From positions 1 through 64,000 of IMG/VR virus record IMGVR_UViG_3300003962_000002: a stretch of 64,000 nucleotides of DNA. One strand, given 5' to 3'. A program made the translations under genes and the position numbers. This DNA is from a virus (taxonomy: Duplodnaviria > Caudoviricetes). Of this stretch, positions 25,599 to 34,499 are shown one piece after another. Below the pieces are notes generated by a model. The model saw only the letters and a program-made list of their open reading frames with translations, had not been told where the DNA came from and ran no database searches. How positions within the stretch are numbered: the first letter of the stretch is position 1; each line of letters begins with the position of its first letter.

Positions 25599-25995
25599 TC
25601 CATACAACCCTTCTGATGAAGGTAATTATCTAGCTTGGGATCACGGCGCTAACTCTAAAAGTGATAGCGACTGCCCATATGAAGCGGACGACAAAGATAA
25701 TCGACAATATCGAGACGCTTGGTTAAAAGGCTTCAGAACTAGTCCTCACTTCAAAGCCAAAAAGAAACCAGAAGCTTCAGTAGAACAAGAACTAGACGAG
25801 CAGATCAAAAGTCTAGAGGTCCAAATCAACGAAGAACCATTAGCAGCGATATCAACTGAGTTATTGGAGTTGGAGCTTAGGAAACGTAAAACAAAAGAAC
25901 TAGACGACCTGCTAATAACGGAACAAAAGATTGTACTGCAATTGCAACAGGTGCAAAAGCAGATTAAAAGATTACACATTTTAATGGGAGATTGA
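25540..25995 (+). CDS. protein with ribosome-modulation-factor-like CPY..W..G motif and C-terminal coiled coil
   Basis: AWDHGANSKSDSDCPYE...RDAWLKGFR; alternative start at 25576. Confidence 0.6.
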   Translation: MTTKKRGRPKKTMTTLKSNNPYNPSDEGNYLAWDHGANSKSDSDCPYEADDKDNRQYRDAWLKGFRTSPHFKAKKKPEASVEQELDEQIKSLEVQINEEPLAAISTELLELELRKRKTKELDDLLITEQKIVLQLQQVQKQIKRLHILMGD

Positions 25996-25997
25996 GA

Positions 25998-26318
25998 ATG
26001 AAGGGTAAATTTCTAGGACTAATGCTTCTTGTGTTCGGATGTACTACCACAGGAACAACAGAAAAAACCTCTAACTTGGAGGTAGGTACTTGTCTCAAAC
26101 TTACAGAAGCGCACCTTGCGACCATCAAGAACGAACAACAACGTAGTGTGAGTGGTTTCTATATTATTCAAATTAAAGACGTAGGATCTTCTTTTTATAC
26201 TGCTGAAGTGACTATTTTTGGAAATCCTATGGACGTAGTAGCCGTTCCAATTAAGAGTTTGGAAGAGATTACAGAAAAAACTAACTGTGAAACTTTTAAT
26301 CCAACTCCAGTGCAGTAA
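25998..26318 (+). CDS. lipoprotein (disulfide SH3-like family member)
   Basis: Lipobox LVFG-C; LEVGTC...TNCETF. Confidence 0.7.
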   Translation: MKGKFLGLMLLVFGCTTTGTTEKTSNLEVGTCLKLTEAHLATIKNEQQRSVSGFYIIQIKDVGSSFYTAEVTIFGNPMDVVAVPIKSLEEITEKTNCETFNPTPVQ

Positions 26319-26380
26319 AGAGACAATAAAAAAAGAGATAGTCCAGCAAGCCGAGGAACAAGCTGATCTATCTCTCTAAG

Positions 26381-26410
26381 GCCGGTAGGGGGTAATCTAC
26401 CGGCTTTTCT
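26381..26410 (+). terminator. intrinsic terminator at the convergence of the + and - arms
   Basis: gccggtag-gggtaat-ctaccggc perfect 8-bp stem followed by ttttctt; a second hairpin (agagatag...ctatctct) lies just upstream. Confidence 0.85.
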
Positions 26411-26420
26411 TATATTTTAA

Positions 26421-26909
26421 TTAAACAAAAGCCTTTTTAACGCCGCTAAGAACCATACGAACTACTACATTGGATTCAGGACCAACATAAGTAGCTGCGT
26501 CGTCCAAACGAACGTGAGTAGCATCAACAACCGATACTACTTGAAGCATTCGACCTTCCAACAAGCCTTCTTTAAATTGTACTAGGTCTCCAGGCTGTAG
26601 TCCTGAACCTGACAATACTGCTGCTGGCATAGTCAAACGAATACCATAATCAAAGCCTGCGCCTGGATCAAAGTCAAACCTCTCTACCGCAGTCATAGAA
26701 GCTACGTATTCAAGAGCAGGTTCTTGACCTAAGGAGTCATATCCAAAACTCTTATCCAGACGACGCTGAATACCTCTCATTACTTTCTGAGAGCCAGGAG
26801 AGTCCTGAAGTACTTCTTCCATTCGGTTCATTTTAACTACGTCTTGAGTGGCTTCTCGAACAGCCCTCTCTTTACGTTTAATCTTGTTAATCACTTTTTT
26901 AGCTGGCAT
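26421..26909 (-). CDS. hypothetical late protein
   Basis: 162-aa ORF with RBS aagga; last gene of the - arm. Confidence 0.7.
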   Translation of the reverse strand: MPAKKVINKIKRKERAVREATQDVVKMNRMEEVLQDSPGSQKVMRGIQRRLDKSFGYDSLGQEPALEYVASMTAVERFDFDPGAGFDYGIRLTMPAAVLSGSGLQPGDLVQFKEGLLEGRMLQVVSVVDATHVRLDDAATYVGPESNVVVRMVLSGVKKAFV

Positions 26910-26921
26910 TGTTTAAATTCC

Positions 26922-27491
26922 TTATACTTTGAAGTAACGACGGCCACCTGATTTACTAGCCGGATCTATGTCAGTATGTACCCAGTTGGTTCCGGGAGCA
27001 TACTCCATACGTATGTTTAATTGCTCTAATTTAGGCTCTAGAATCGCTCTGGATTGATCGCAGGTCTTACCCTTAGCACTCCAGTCCACCGCCTTAAAAG
27101 AACGATGTGCGCTCGTTTTAGACCCTTTTACGAAGGCGTTGTAGTCGGCTCCATGAAACTTGCTACCTGGACAATTAACAGAGGTAGGTCTTCCCCAACA
27201 GTGGACAGAAATAGGTAATCCGATTAACTCCCTGATTTCATCCATCTTTTTGGCCATTTCCAATATATTCTTCTTTTCTTCTTCTGAAGGTATGTGTAAT
27301 ATTCCCCAAGAAGGTAGTAATAAAGCTTCTTTTACTTTAAAATATTTACTTATTTTAGCTTCTGGGTTATTCCAGTCTATTTCCATATTATTTTCTATCT
27401 TTTTTGGTTCCTCTTTTGGAAGTTCTTTTACTTCCTTTTTTTGAGGGTTTAGAAGAGCCTTTAAGATTGTGGCTAGAAAGTTTAGAAGCAT
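26922..27491 (-). CDS. peptidase M15 family endolysin
   Basis: GRP, SKTSAHRSFKAVD (HxxxxAxD), NWVHTD; N-terminal hydrophobic stretch. Confidence 0.85.
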   Translation of the reverse strand: MLLNFLATILKALLNPQKKEVKELPKEEPKKIENNMEIDWNNPEAKISKYFKVKEALLLPSWGILHIPSEEEKKNILEMAKKMDEIRELIGLPISVHCWGRPTSVNCPGSKFHGADYNAFVKGSKTSAHRSFKAVDWSAKGKTCDQSRAILEPKLEQLNIRMEYAPGTNWVHTDIDPASKSGGRRYFKV

Positions 27492-27492
27492 C

Positions 27493-27942
27493 TTAATCTT
27501 CGTCCTCTTTTTCGACTTCTAGAAGGCGTTGTTGTATCTTGTATTTTCTTACTTCGGCGGATTCAGCTAAGTCTCCAATCATATTCTGCAAACCTAAAGA
27601 TGCAGCTTTGTTCAATGATTCCAAGTCTTTATAGAATTCTGCTTCCAATTCTTGAGCAACTTCTAGCATCTCACAACAGCACATCTCTTCAACCTTATGC
27701 TCATTAAGAGTCTCGCAAACCACTGTATTTACTGCTTTAGTTTCAAACTTACTTCTACCAAAAACTCCAATATAATTTTCTACTAAACGATCATACTGTC
27801 CTGTAAGATCTTCATAAGAACCGCCTAAGAATTCATGGTCAGCAAAGAAAGACTTACCGTGCGTTAGTTGGTGGCAATAATGATAGTATAGTTGTAGGAT
27901 TCTAGCTGATATAATAGCTTTTATAAAAGTTACCTTGCTCAT
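27493..27942 (-). CDS. ferritin/Dps-like four-helix protein
   Basis: HYCHQLTHGKSFFADHEFLG..YE...DRLVE...NMIGDLAE pattern. Confidence 0.7.
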   Translation of the reverse strand: MSKVTFIKAIISARILQLYYHYCHQLTHGKSFFADHEFLGGSYEDLTGQYDRLVENYIGVFGRSKFETKAVNTVVCETLNEHKVEEMCCCEMLEVAQELEAEFYKDLESLNKAASLGLQNMIGDLAESAEVRKYKIQQRLLEVEKEDED

Positions 27943-27950
27943 ACTACCCC

Positions 27951-28757
27951 TTATAATAATTCACGTTTTACCACATTATACATAAAAATAAAGTCTGCTG
28001 GAGCTATTACTTTATTGTCGGTTCCTGATACGTACTCCCTACAGTCTCTTTGCCATAAATATTCAGGTTTTCTGTCCATATGGTTTGGTAGTCTGTCTGG
28101 AGGAAAGTATCTCTCACTACTTAATATAGTATACACTTTTTCAAGGTCGCCGACAGCATATTGAAATAAAGCGTTATTTGGCTGCTCTTTACTGTGTTTT
28201 CTGAATAAATCTAGGTGTTTATCTTTTTTCTCTAGTTTATTTCTTATTAGTCCGTGGAGTACAGCTAAGTGGGTCTGGTAGCCTGAGGTGTGTTCTGATA
28301 GCCCTAGAGGGATCACACGTAGCCACCACCTGCTTGGGCCTCCCAAACGATAACTAGCCCAGGCAAAGGTGCTTAGAAGGGCTGGAGTCATGATTGTGCG
28401 AGAGAGGTCGCCCTTCCCCATAATCAAGTTATGAGAAAGGGCGTATGAGATAACTTGCTCTAGAATATCTAACCTTTGTTTAAAGTAAGCATAGTACAAG
28501 ATCCCAATGAACATATCCCTTGAAATCGTTGATTTACTGTGCGCAGGGTAACAAGGTTTAGAGCAAGGACGCCGGTGCCACATCCCAGTACTAGAATCGA
28601 AAGCAGCCTTTATATCAAATTTTACGTTAGGATCAATAGCCATTAGACAAGAAAAGAGAATACTATCACATTCGCCAGAGAATACAAATCCAGATTCGTC
28701 AATTACTTTAGGTAGTTGAGACAAGTAAAAGTTGTATTTATTATCTAAAGAATTCAT
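27951..28757 (-). CDS. hypothetical protein (helical, possibly alpha/alpha toroid)
   Basis: 268-aa ORF; GMWHRRP, ISRDMFIG. Confidence 0.7.
   Translation of the reverse strand: MNSLDNKYNFYLSQLPKVIDESGFVFSGECDSILFSCLMAIDPNVKFDIKAAFDSSTGMWHRRPCSKPCYPAHSKSTISRDMFIGILYYAYFKQRLDILEQVISYALSHNLIMGKGDLSRTIMTPALLSTFAWASYRLGGPSRWWLRVIPLGLSEHTSGYQTHLAVLHGLIRNKLEKKDKHLDLFRKHSKEQPNNALFQYAVGDLEKVYTILSSERYFPPDRLPNHMDRKPEYLWQRDCREYVSGTDNKVIAPADFIFMYNVVKRELL
28123..28134 (-). promoter_or_regulatory. GTATACWWTATT motif copy inside a CDS, upstream of the ferritin-like and endolysin genes
   Basis: 28122-28139 is identical over 18 bp to 50226-50243. Confidence 0.3.
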
Positions 28758-28786
28758 ATAGTCATCTTTTTATTGACAGTTATTTG

Positions 28787-28798
28787 AATATTGTATAC
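28787..28798 (-). promoter_or_regulatory. GTATACWWTATT motif copy in the divergent intergenic gap
   Basis: Minus strand reads gtatacaatatt, 30 nt before the ATG at 28757. TTGACA on the + strand at 28773-28778 may serve the divergent island. Confidence 0.4.
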
Positions 28799-28849
28799 AA
28801 AGCTTATAGGAAGTGTTTGTGCGACATTTAACAAAAGGAGAATAAAACA

Positions 28850-29137
28850 ATGAAAACTAAAATTTTACTAACAGTTCTTGCAGGATGTATGTCAAACTTA
28901 GGATATGCAAGTGAGAAAGAAAATGCAAATAAAAAACTAGATATTAAGTATGGTGATTGTGTAGAGTACACTGGCACCGCTCTATCTACTTATATGGACT
29001 TCTATCGGTGTAGTAAAACTGGTGAGGCTGTTGAAATCGATGAATCAGGATATAACGTTTTGTTTGTTTGTCAACCTATAGGCAAATATTTTTTTGTTGA
29101 TGGAGAAAATCTTAAAAAATGTGAGAAGAAGAAATGA
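28850..29137 (+). CDS. lipoprotein (disulfide SH3-like family member) in inverted island
   Basis: RBS aaggag; lipobox VLAG-C; KYGDC...KKCEKKK. Confidence 0.75.
   Translation: MKTKILLTVLAGCMSNLGYASEKENANKKLDIKYGDCVEYTGTALSTYMDFYRCSKTGEAVEIDESGYNVLFVCQPIGKYFFVDGENLKKCEKKK
29112..29137 (+). repeat. 26-bp direct repeat, copy 1
   Basis: ttaaaaaatgtgagaagaagaaatga; 24/26 identical to 29354-29379. Confidence 0.85.
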
Positions 29138-29379
29138 GCATTTTCAATAAATTATGGAAAGAAGGTTGGTTCAATCCAAACCTAGATTTAGACCTCGATA
29201 TAAAGGACATTAATCTCAATGAGCTTAAGGAAAAAGGTTCAACAATTGTCCAGAAACAGGCTCGGATTTATCGTATATCTATTCCAAAGGATAAAAGTCT
29301 AAACGATTTAAAGGAACAAGATGTTGAGATAGAGGAATTGCCGGGAGTTTATATTAAAAAATGTGAGGGGAAGAAATGA
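29134..29379 (+). CDS. hypothetical protein flanked by direct repeats
   Basis: ATGA-coupled on both sides; ends KKCEGKK. Confidence 0.7.
   Translation: MSIFNKLWKEGWFNPNLDLDLDIKDINLNELKEKGSTIVQKQARIYRISIPKDKSLNDLKEQDVEIEELPGVYIKKCEGKK
29354..29379 (+). repeat. 26-bp direct repeat, copy 2
   Basis: ttaaaaaatgtgaggggaagaaatga. Confidence 0.85.
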
Positions 29380-29744
29380 AATACCTAATCTTACTTATGT
29401 TATTAACTGGGTGTGCCTATCAATCAGATTTTGACCGCTATGCGTCAGAAGTCAACAAAAGAATGGAGGAGTTAGAAACCAAAGTTGATAGAAATTTTGC
29501 TAATATTGAAAATTATCTAACTTGTGTTCATTACAATGGAATTACACTCTCGCATTATAAAGGAGAGCCTATGGTCATCTATACTTCCTTTGGAGCAGCT
29601 TATATACTATCGAAAGATGGAGACAAACTCGTTTTGGTTCCGGTTGATCAAAATCTTAAAAAGAGAGTAATATCTCGTGAAGATCCAGAATGGGATAATC
29701 CTACTCTTTTCACAACAGGAGATTGCTATCAGTATTTGAAGTAG
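29376..29744 (+). CDS. lipoprotein
   Basis: MKYLILLMLLTG-C lipobox; coiled coil, then a Cys-bracketed domain. Confidence 0.8.
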   Translation: MKYLILLMLLTGCAYQSDFDRYASEVNKRMEELETKVDRNFANIENYLTCVHYNGITLSHYKGEPMVIYTSFGAAYILSKDGDKLVLVPVDQNLKKRVISREDPEWDNPTLFTTGDCYQYLK

Positions 29745-29764
29745 AGGGGATTGTGGCCCCTTTG
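29743..29764 (+). terminator. probable terminator of the inverted island
   Basis: agggg-attgtgg-cccct stem followed by a short T run, immediately after the TAG. Confidence 0.45.
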
Positions 29765-29828
29765 TATAGGTGCAAACACAGCCAGTAGTGATAGTAGAAA
29801 TGGTGGGGTTTTTCGTTTAGAAACCTCA

Positions 29829-30320
29829 TTAGGCAATCCTCACTGCCCACAGACTATTTTCGTTATCTGGGTTAGTTAGCCCGCCAGTTATGGACGCACC
29901 TCTCAATGCTGCGTCTCCGCCTGCAGTTTTACGTACTCTAACTTTAAGAGTTTGGTCTGTGGTAGTCACTATTGGAATGCTACGTGCTACAGTAGTGAAT
30001 GGAGTGCCTGTTGCACCGCCGACGAAACCCGTAGAGCCTTCTATATTTCCATCGGTAGACAGGTTCATGACGGCGGAGGCATCGCCAGTCGATATGGACA
30101 TACAAATGCCGTAACCGACCAACCAACAACCTTTGGGTAGAGATATGGACATATCTGTGTCTGTATAACTGTCATTACCAATAGAGCCTGCCGCAAGTCC
30201 AGATGCCCCTACGCTTACAAACTTCTCCCCAATAATCCCACTAGGAACAGCCGTACCAGTAGTATCACCTACAATGTTTCTTGCTGACATATTCCGTATC
30301 TTAATATCCTGCTTAGCCAT
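29829..30320 (-). CDS. tail fibre-associated / receptor-binding-like beta-sandwich protein
   Basis: G/S/T-rich; ISLPKGCWLV...LWAVRIA; lies within the fibre cluster. Confidence 0.6.
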   Translation of the reverse strand: MAKQDIKIRNMSARNIVGDTTGTAVPSGIIGEKFVSVGASGLAAGSIGNDSYTDTDMSISLPKGCWLVGYGICMSISTGDASAVMNLSTDGNIEGSTGFVGGATGTPFTTVARSIPIVTTTDQTLKVRVRKTAGGDAALRGASITGGLTNPDNENSLWAVRIA

Positions 30321-30348
30321 ATTTCAAATCCTTGTTTAGGAGTGTAGA

Positions 30349-30501
30349 TTATTCATCTGCTGGTTCTGGAACGTTTCCGTCCGCAAGCCAGAGAAGGTAT
30401 TGTTGATAGTCGGAGTTAGCGGGGTCTGGAGGAACTGTATAAGTAATTCCATCTTTGGTCATCCAGATATTATCACTGCCATAAATTAATTTAAAAGTCA
30501 T
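30349..30501 (-). CDS. small tail-fibre-associated protein (50 aa, not in ORF track)
   Basis: MTFKLIYGSDNIWMTKDGITYTVPPDPANSDYQQYLLWLADGNVPEPADE; RBS gagg. The DPANxDYQxYLxW..GNxPEPAD motif typically follows fibre genes. Confidence 0.8.
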   Translation of the reverse strand: MTFKLIYGSDNIWMTKDGITYTVPPDPANSDYQQYLLWLADGNVPEPADE

Positions 30502-30511
30502 GTAATGCCTC

Positions 30512-31600
30512 TTACAATTCACTTAAAAGAAATATATCTTGGGATATAGTTAAAGTTGTATAACCTGCTGCCAAAGAAACATTGGCATTAAGCGCTCTGT
30601 CATATCCGATCCCAAAAGATGAGGGTTGTAATCTACTACCATAAAATATAAGAGTGGTTGTGCCTGAAGCATCACTCTTTTCACATAAAACATTGAAATT
30701 GGCGATTGTCGGAGAGGCTCGCATGGTAACAGGTAGTAAAAAAGTTCCGCCCATCGTATTTGAAGTATTAATTAATACGGTATAACCAGAGGTAAAGTTA
30801 ATAGTTGATGCGTTAAATTTCTGACAGTACCTCTGACACAATTGTAATTCGTTGGCAATATTCTTTCCACATCTTGAAAACGGAACATTAGATACATCGT
30901 CATCAACTGATCCAATTTCAAATAATTGAACTCCGGTTAATTGAAATGTAGCTGCTGTGGTCCCGGCCCAGTTAGTGGCTCCCGAAAACGAATAGTATTG
31001 AGATCCTCCCACATTCCACTGATTTTGGGAAGTTTGCAAAGAAGATCCGGCAGATAATGACCAAAATATCTGCAAACCAATACCATCCCCTAAACCCCAA
31101 GTGGAGGCCGTGGTTGTATTTAGTTTAACGGTTTTCTTTTCCCAAGTATTGGCTGAATTAATCACATAAGAAGTTACATAATTTGTGGTGTTCGCAGCAT
31201 TTCCAAAAGATATTGGGAATGTTCCAGTTACCGATGATTTAACCCAGAAAGATACAGCTATGGCTTTTCCGTGTATTTCAGAATAATCATACCCTTCCAT
31301 TCTGTATCCAATATAATACTGATCACTTGCTCCCGGAGAAGCTCCTGTGCCGTTTGTGATTAATAAAGATGAGGAGAATCCCCAGTCGCTTTCGGCGACA
31401 GTAGGCACATTCGTGGATCGAGCATAGGTGCTGGTGCCTGTAAAAACCGCAGTTTTGGCTGCGAAAAATCTATCCATGAGATATTGATTGGAAGCGCTAA
31501 GGTTTAGAGTAGAACCTCTTTGGTTAAACTCCATTGCACCATTTATTATTAAATTTTTCTTTCCATCTAATCTATCTAAACGAGGTGTTAAGCTGCTCAT
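30512..31600 (-). CDS. tail fibre / receptor-binding protein with carbohydrate-binding-like domain
   Basis: NLIINGAMEFNQRG...DRF...LTGVQL...ELQLCQRY, a fibre-domain pattern. Confidence 0.8.
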   Translation of the reverse strand: MSSLTPRLDRLDGKKNLIINGAMEFNQRGSTLNLSASNQYLMDRFFAAKTAVFTGTSTYARSTNVPTVAESDWGFSSSLLITNGTGASPGASDQYYIGYRMEGYDYSEIHGKAIAVSFWVKSSVTGTFPISFGNAANTTNYVTSYVINSANTWEKKTVKLNTTTASTWGLGDGIGLQIFWSLSAGSSLQTSQNQWNVGGSQYYSFSGATNWAGTTAATFQLTGVQLFEIGSVDDDVSNVPFSRCGKNIANELQLCQRYCQKFNASTINFTSGYTVLINTSNTMGGTFLLPVTMRASPTIANFNVLCEKSDASGTTTLIFYGSRLQPSSFGIGYDRALNANVSLAAGYTTLTISQDIFLLSEL

Positions 31601-31609
31601 ATTATTACC

Positions 31610-32314
31610 TTAATCTAACTTATAAGTTAAGTAAAAATGGAACCTTTGGGAGCCAGAGTTTGTAGTAAAAAAATTGAAAGTGCCTTTATTACTGTCACTA
31701 GTATAAGCGACTATTCGGTGTTGCTGAGGTGAGTTATTTTCCCAATGAGTGGTTCCGACAAGATTATTAGTATTTGTGAAGTTTGTGGCATTCCTGTCAA
31801 TCGGAAGAGTAAGTCTACAAGCAGAATAGTTGCTGGGTGATGTTGCTGTGGCTAAAAAACTGCCCCACACTGTTACTGTGTTTCCGTCTCTCTTGTAATA
31901 TGAAGTATCGCCAGATACTCCAGAGCAATTGGTCTCTGAACCAACCTGAAGAACCGGAGTATAACTTCCTTCCTCAGATATTTCCAAAACCCTCCAATGA
32001 GCGGATGTTGTAGGAGTGGTTTGAAGAGACATTAATAAAGCTTTGCCATTTTTGAAAAAAACCTTACTATTGCTATTTATAGTAGATCCATCAGAGGCTT
32101 TTACCGTACAACCCCAACTCGTAGACCTATTATGGATCTCAAACACCTCACCAGCAATAACTCCTGCAGAGGGCAGGGTTACGTTCTTACTAGCTGTAAA
32201 GCCAGACCCAGTGATGATAAGTCTGGATACAGCGGGTAGGTTTCCAGATGTGAGATCTAGATTAGCATCTGCCGTGTGTATGTACGCTGTTTTAGGTTTT
32301 AATAGTTCAAGCAT
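31610..32314 (-). CDS. tail fibre-associated protein
   Basis: VTLPSA..GEVFEI; EEGSYTPVL...YYKRDGNTVTV...LTLPI fibre module. Confidence 0.7.
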   Translation of the reverse strand: MLELLKPKTAYIHTADANLDLTSGNLPAVSRLIITGSGFTASKNVTLPSAGVIAGEVFEIHNRSTSWGCTVKASDGSTINSNSKVFFKNGKALLMSLQTTPTTSAHWRVLEISEEGSYTPVLQVGSETNCSGVSGDTSYYKRDGNTVTVWGSFLATATSPSNYSACRLTLPIDRNATNFTNTNNLVGTTHWENNSPQQHRIVAYTSDSNKGTFNFFTTNSGSQRFHFYLTYKLD

Positions 32315-32326
32315 AGGTTTACCCTT

Positions 32327-33646
32327 TTAAGATACTTTAACGCATGTTAGCCACGATCCGCCTTCAATAGTCCAAGTTCCTGCACTAGTAGTATTCATTA
32401 CAATAACCTCTAAATAATCAGAAGCGCCATTAAAATCTACAACAATGCTTCCTGTGAAAGCCATGCGATCTCTGTATGCTGTTGTTGTGTGGTTCTCATA
32501 ACCAAAAGCCTTATAAGCAGAACCATTTTTATTAAATTGAGCATATCCACCCCGAAGACTATTCAGCGAGTTCGAAAAGGTGTGTATATTACAAGTTATT
32601 AAATATTTTCCCGCAACAGTCGGCTGTATTCTATATGTTCCAGAGTTATAAATACTACCAATATCAAACTCTTCAACGCTAAATGGAACAGTGTATAAAG
32701 CTTCGGATGTCTTGCCTGTTTGGTTGCTGGAAACATAAGCACTACAAGTTGGCTTATCGGGATAAGTTTTAACTCCATTAATTGTCATGTTCTCAGATTC
32801 AAGACTGATCAACCTATCCCCAAACTGATTAAGCTGAGGTTGAGTAGGAGCAGCTTGAAAATCAGTTTCTGGAACACCTGCAACAACTGCCAATGTTTCT
32901 ACTACTTTGTCGATAGTGGCCTGCTGCTTATTGATAGTTTCTACTACAGAACCATCTGGCTTAACCACTGAGAGCCAAGAAGAGACGACAGTGTAGGTAC
33001 GAGCAGATACTGAAGAATTGTTCATCTCTAGAAGAGTGCAGTCCCCATATCCATTATCTACTTCTTCATAGTCACCATCGGCAGAAGGGTTAGCGGTAGC
33101 ATTGCCTACGTTCCTAAGCATCTGCTGACCATCAATAAATAGCATAACCGCACCAAGTTGTTTGGTAGGGTTCTGGTTCACTTTAAAGGATTGGCCTACG
33201 GCAATGCTGGTTGTGTTTGCAGCTAGAGTGCCCGTCTCGCAGATGAAGTTAGTATCGGCAACAAGATTACCAGTAGTAGCAACAGAATTAAGCGTACAGA
33301 CAAAAATCTCGCCATCTAAAGCAGTTCCAAACAGATCGGTGAAAGAGATACCTGTGGAAGTTACTACATAATCATATTCTAGATTGAGTTGTCCCCTAGC
33401 TGAAGAGACGATTGAGAGGTTGTTTTTATAGAATAGAAGGTTTGCTTTTGAAATATCATTGGCAGAAGGCTGGGAGAATCCAAGAGAGGTCATCTCAGTA
33501 GGGACATTGAGGGCATAGATGGAGAATCCAGGGTCTCCAGCAGAAGCTTTATGAGCAAAGCGAAAAGACTTAACTACCTGCAAAGACTTGTCATTTTGCA
33601 AATCGGTTTTTCGGTAACTCTTTGTACTTTTTCCTGTTACTGACAT
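32327..33646 (-). CDS. tail fibre protein with C-terminal C1q/TNF-like domain
   Basis: C-terminus SAY...FSVEEFDIG..YN..TYRIQPTVAGKYLI...KNG...IVVDFNGASDYLEV. Confidence 0.7.
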   Translation of the reverse strand: MSVTGKSTKSYRKTDLQNDKSLQVVKSFRFAHKASAGDPGFSIYALNVPTEMTSLGFSQPSANDISKANLLFYKNNLSIVSSARGQLNLEYDYVVTSTGISFTDLFGTALDGEIFVCTLNSVATTGNLVADTNFICETGTLAANTTSIAVGQSFKVNQNPTKQLGAVMLFIDGQQMLRNVGNATANPSADGDYEEVDNGYGDCTLLEMNNSSVSARTYTVVSSWLSVVKPDGSVVETINKQQATIDKVVETLAVVAGVPETDFQAAPTQPQLNQFGDRLISLESENMTINGVKTYPDKPTCSAYVSSNQTGKTSEALYTVPFSVEEFDIGSIYNSGTYRIQPTVAGKYLITCNIHTFSNSLNSLRGGYAQFNKNGSAYKAFGYENHTTTAYRDRMAFTGSIVVDFNGASDYLEVIVMNTTSAGTWTIEGGSWLTCVKVS

Positions 33647-33665
33647 ATATAAAACCTCTTAGGTA

Positions 33666-34499
33666 TTAAGTGAATAGTCCGGAGTATTCGGTGATGGGGG
33701 CACAGAATTTGATGGTTATGAAGTCGTCGTCAGCTATAACTACTGGTACGTTACTGCTCGGGTTGAGGGACGAATATGTGATGTATGTGCCGCTTGCTAA
33801 ACCCAAATATAAATATAGCACATTAGCATCCCATTGTCCTAAGATTTGGTATGAAGATCCGGTGTCATCACTAAAATATCCATTATTATCAATTCCGCTG
33901 TTGCCGTCCTGGCTAATGGTCTTCTTTGACAAGTTAACAGTACCGATGCTGGCGGGGATTCCTAAGTTGGCGACTAAGTTCTGCGTATTAGTTCCGGTAA
34001 ACTCACACGACATTTCGCCAATAATGTATTCGCCGTCACGGTAGTAAAATCCAGTTAGTATTACATTGGTGGATAGGTTAGATTCTGGTGTAAACGCTAT
34101 GACAGGGCCAACCTCTACCCCCTTCTCACTAAAACTATTCCCCACAAACAACGGGTTCACATCTACTAATGATGTACTTCCAAAGAAGGTCTTCGTTTTC
34201 CCAATATATTTATATCTAGTAAATCCAGTGGGAGCAGAAGAACTTGTACTCATTACAAGTCCGGGGACATTACTTCCATTTACTACTAGGTAAACATAAT
34301 ACAAAGTATTGTTCGCTATACTACCAGTATCTAGACCCCCAATACCAGAAGTTCCAGTATTGAGAGTAAGGGCCGACAGTCGATAAAACTGTCCACCAAT
34401 CCGTGCAACAGAGGTTTGACCTAGATAGGTGCTGGCCAAGGTAATCTGTGTAGTAGATGCCTTGACGATAGGTGGTAAATTTTCAATATGTAGTGCCAT
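33666..34499 (-). CDS. tail fibre-associated protein
   Basis: TGTSGIGGLDTGSIANNTLYYVYLV...APTGFTRY; start at the TAATG overlap. Confidence 0.7.
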   Translation of the reverse strand: MALHIENLPPIVKASTTQITLASTYLGQTSVARIGGQFYRLSALTLNTGTSGIGGLDTGSIANNTLYYVYLVVNGSNVPGLVMSTSSSAPTGFTRYKYIGKTKTFFGSTSLVDVNPLFVGNSFSEKGVEVGPVIAFTPESNLSTNVILTGFYYRDGEYIIGEMSCEFTGTNTQNLVANLGIPASIGTVNLSKKTISQDGNSGIDNNGYFSDDTGSSYQILGQWDANVLYLYLGLASGTYITYSSLNPSSNVPVVIADDDFITIKFCAPITEYSGLFT

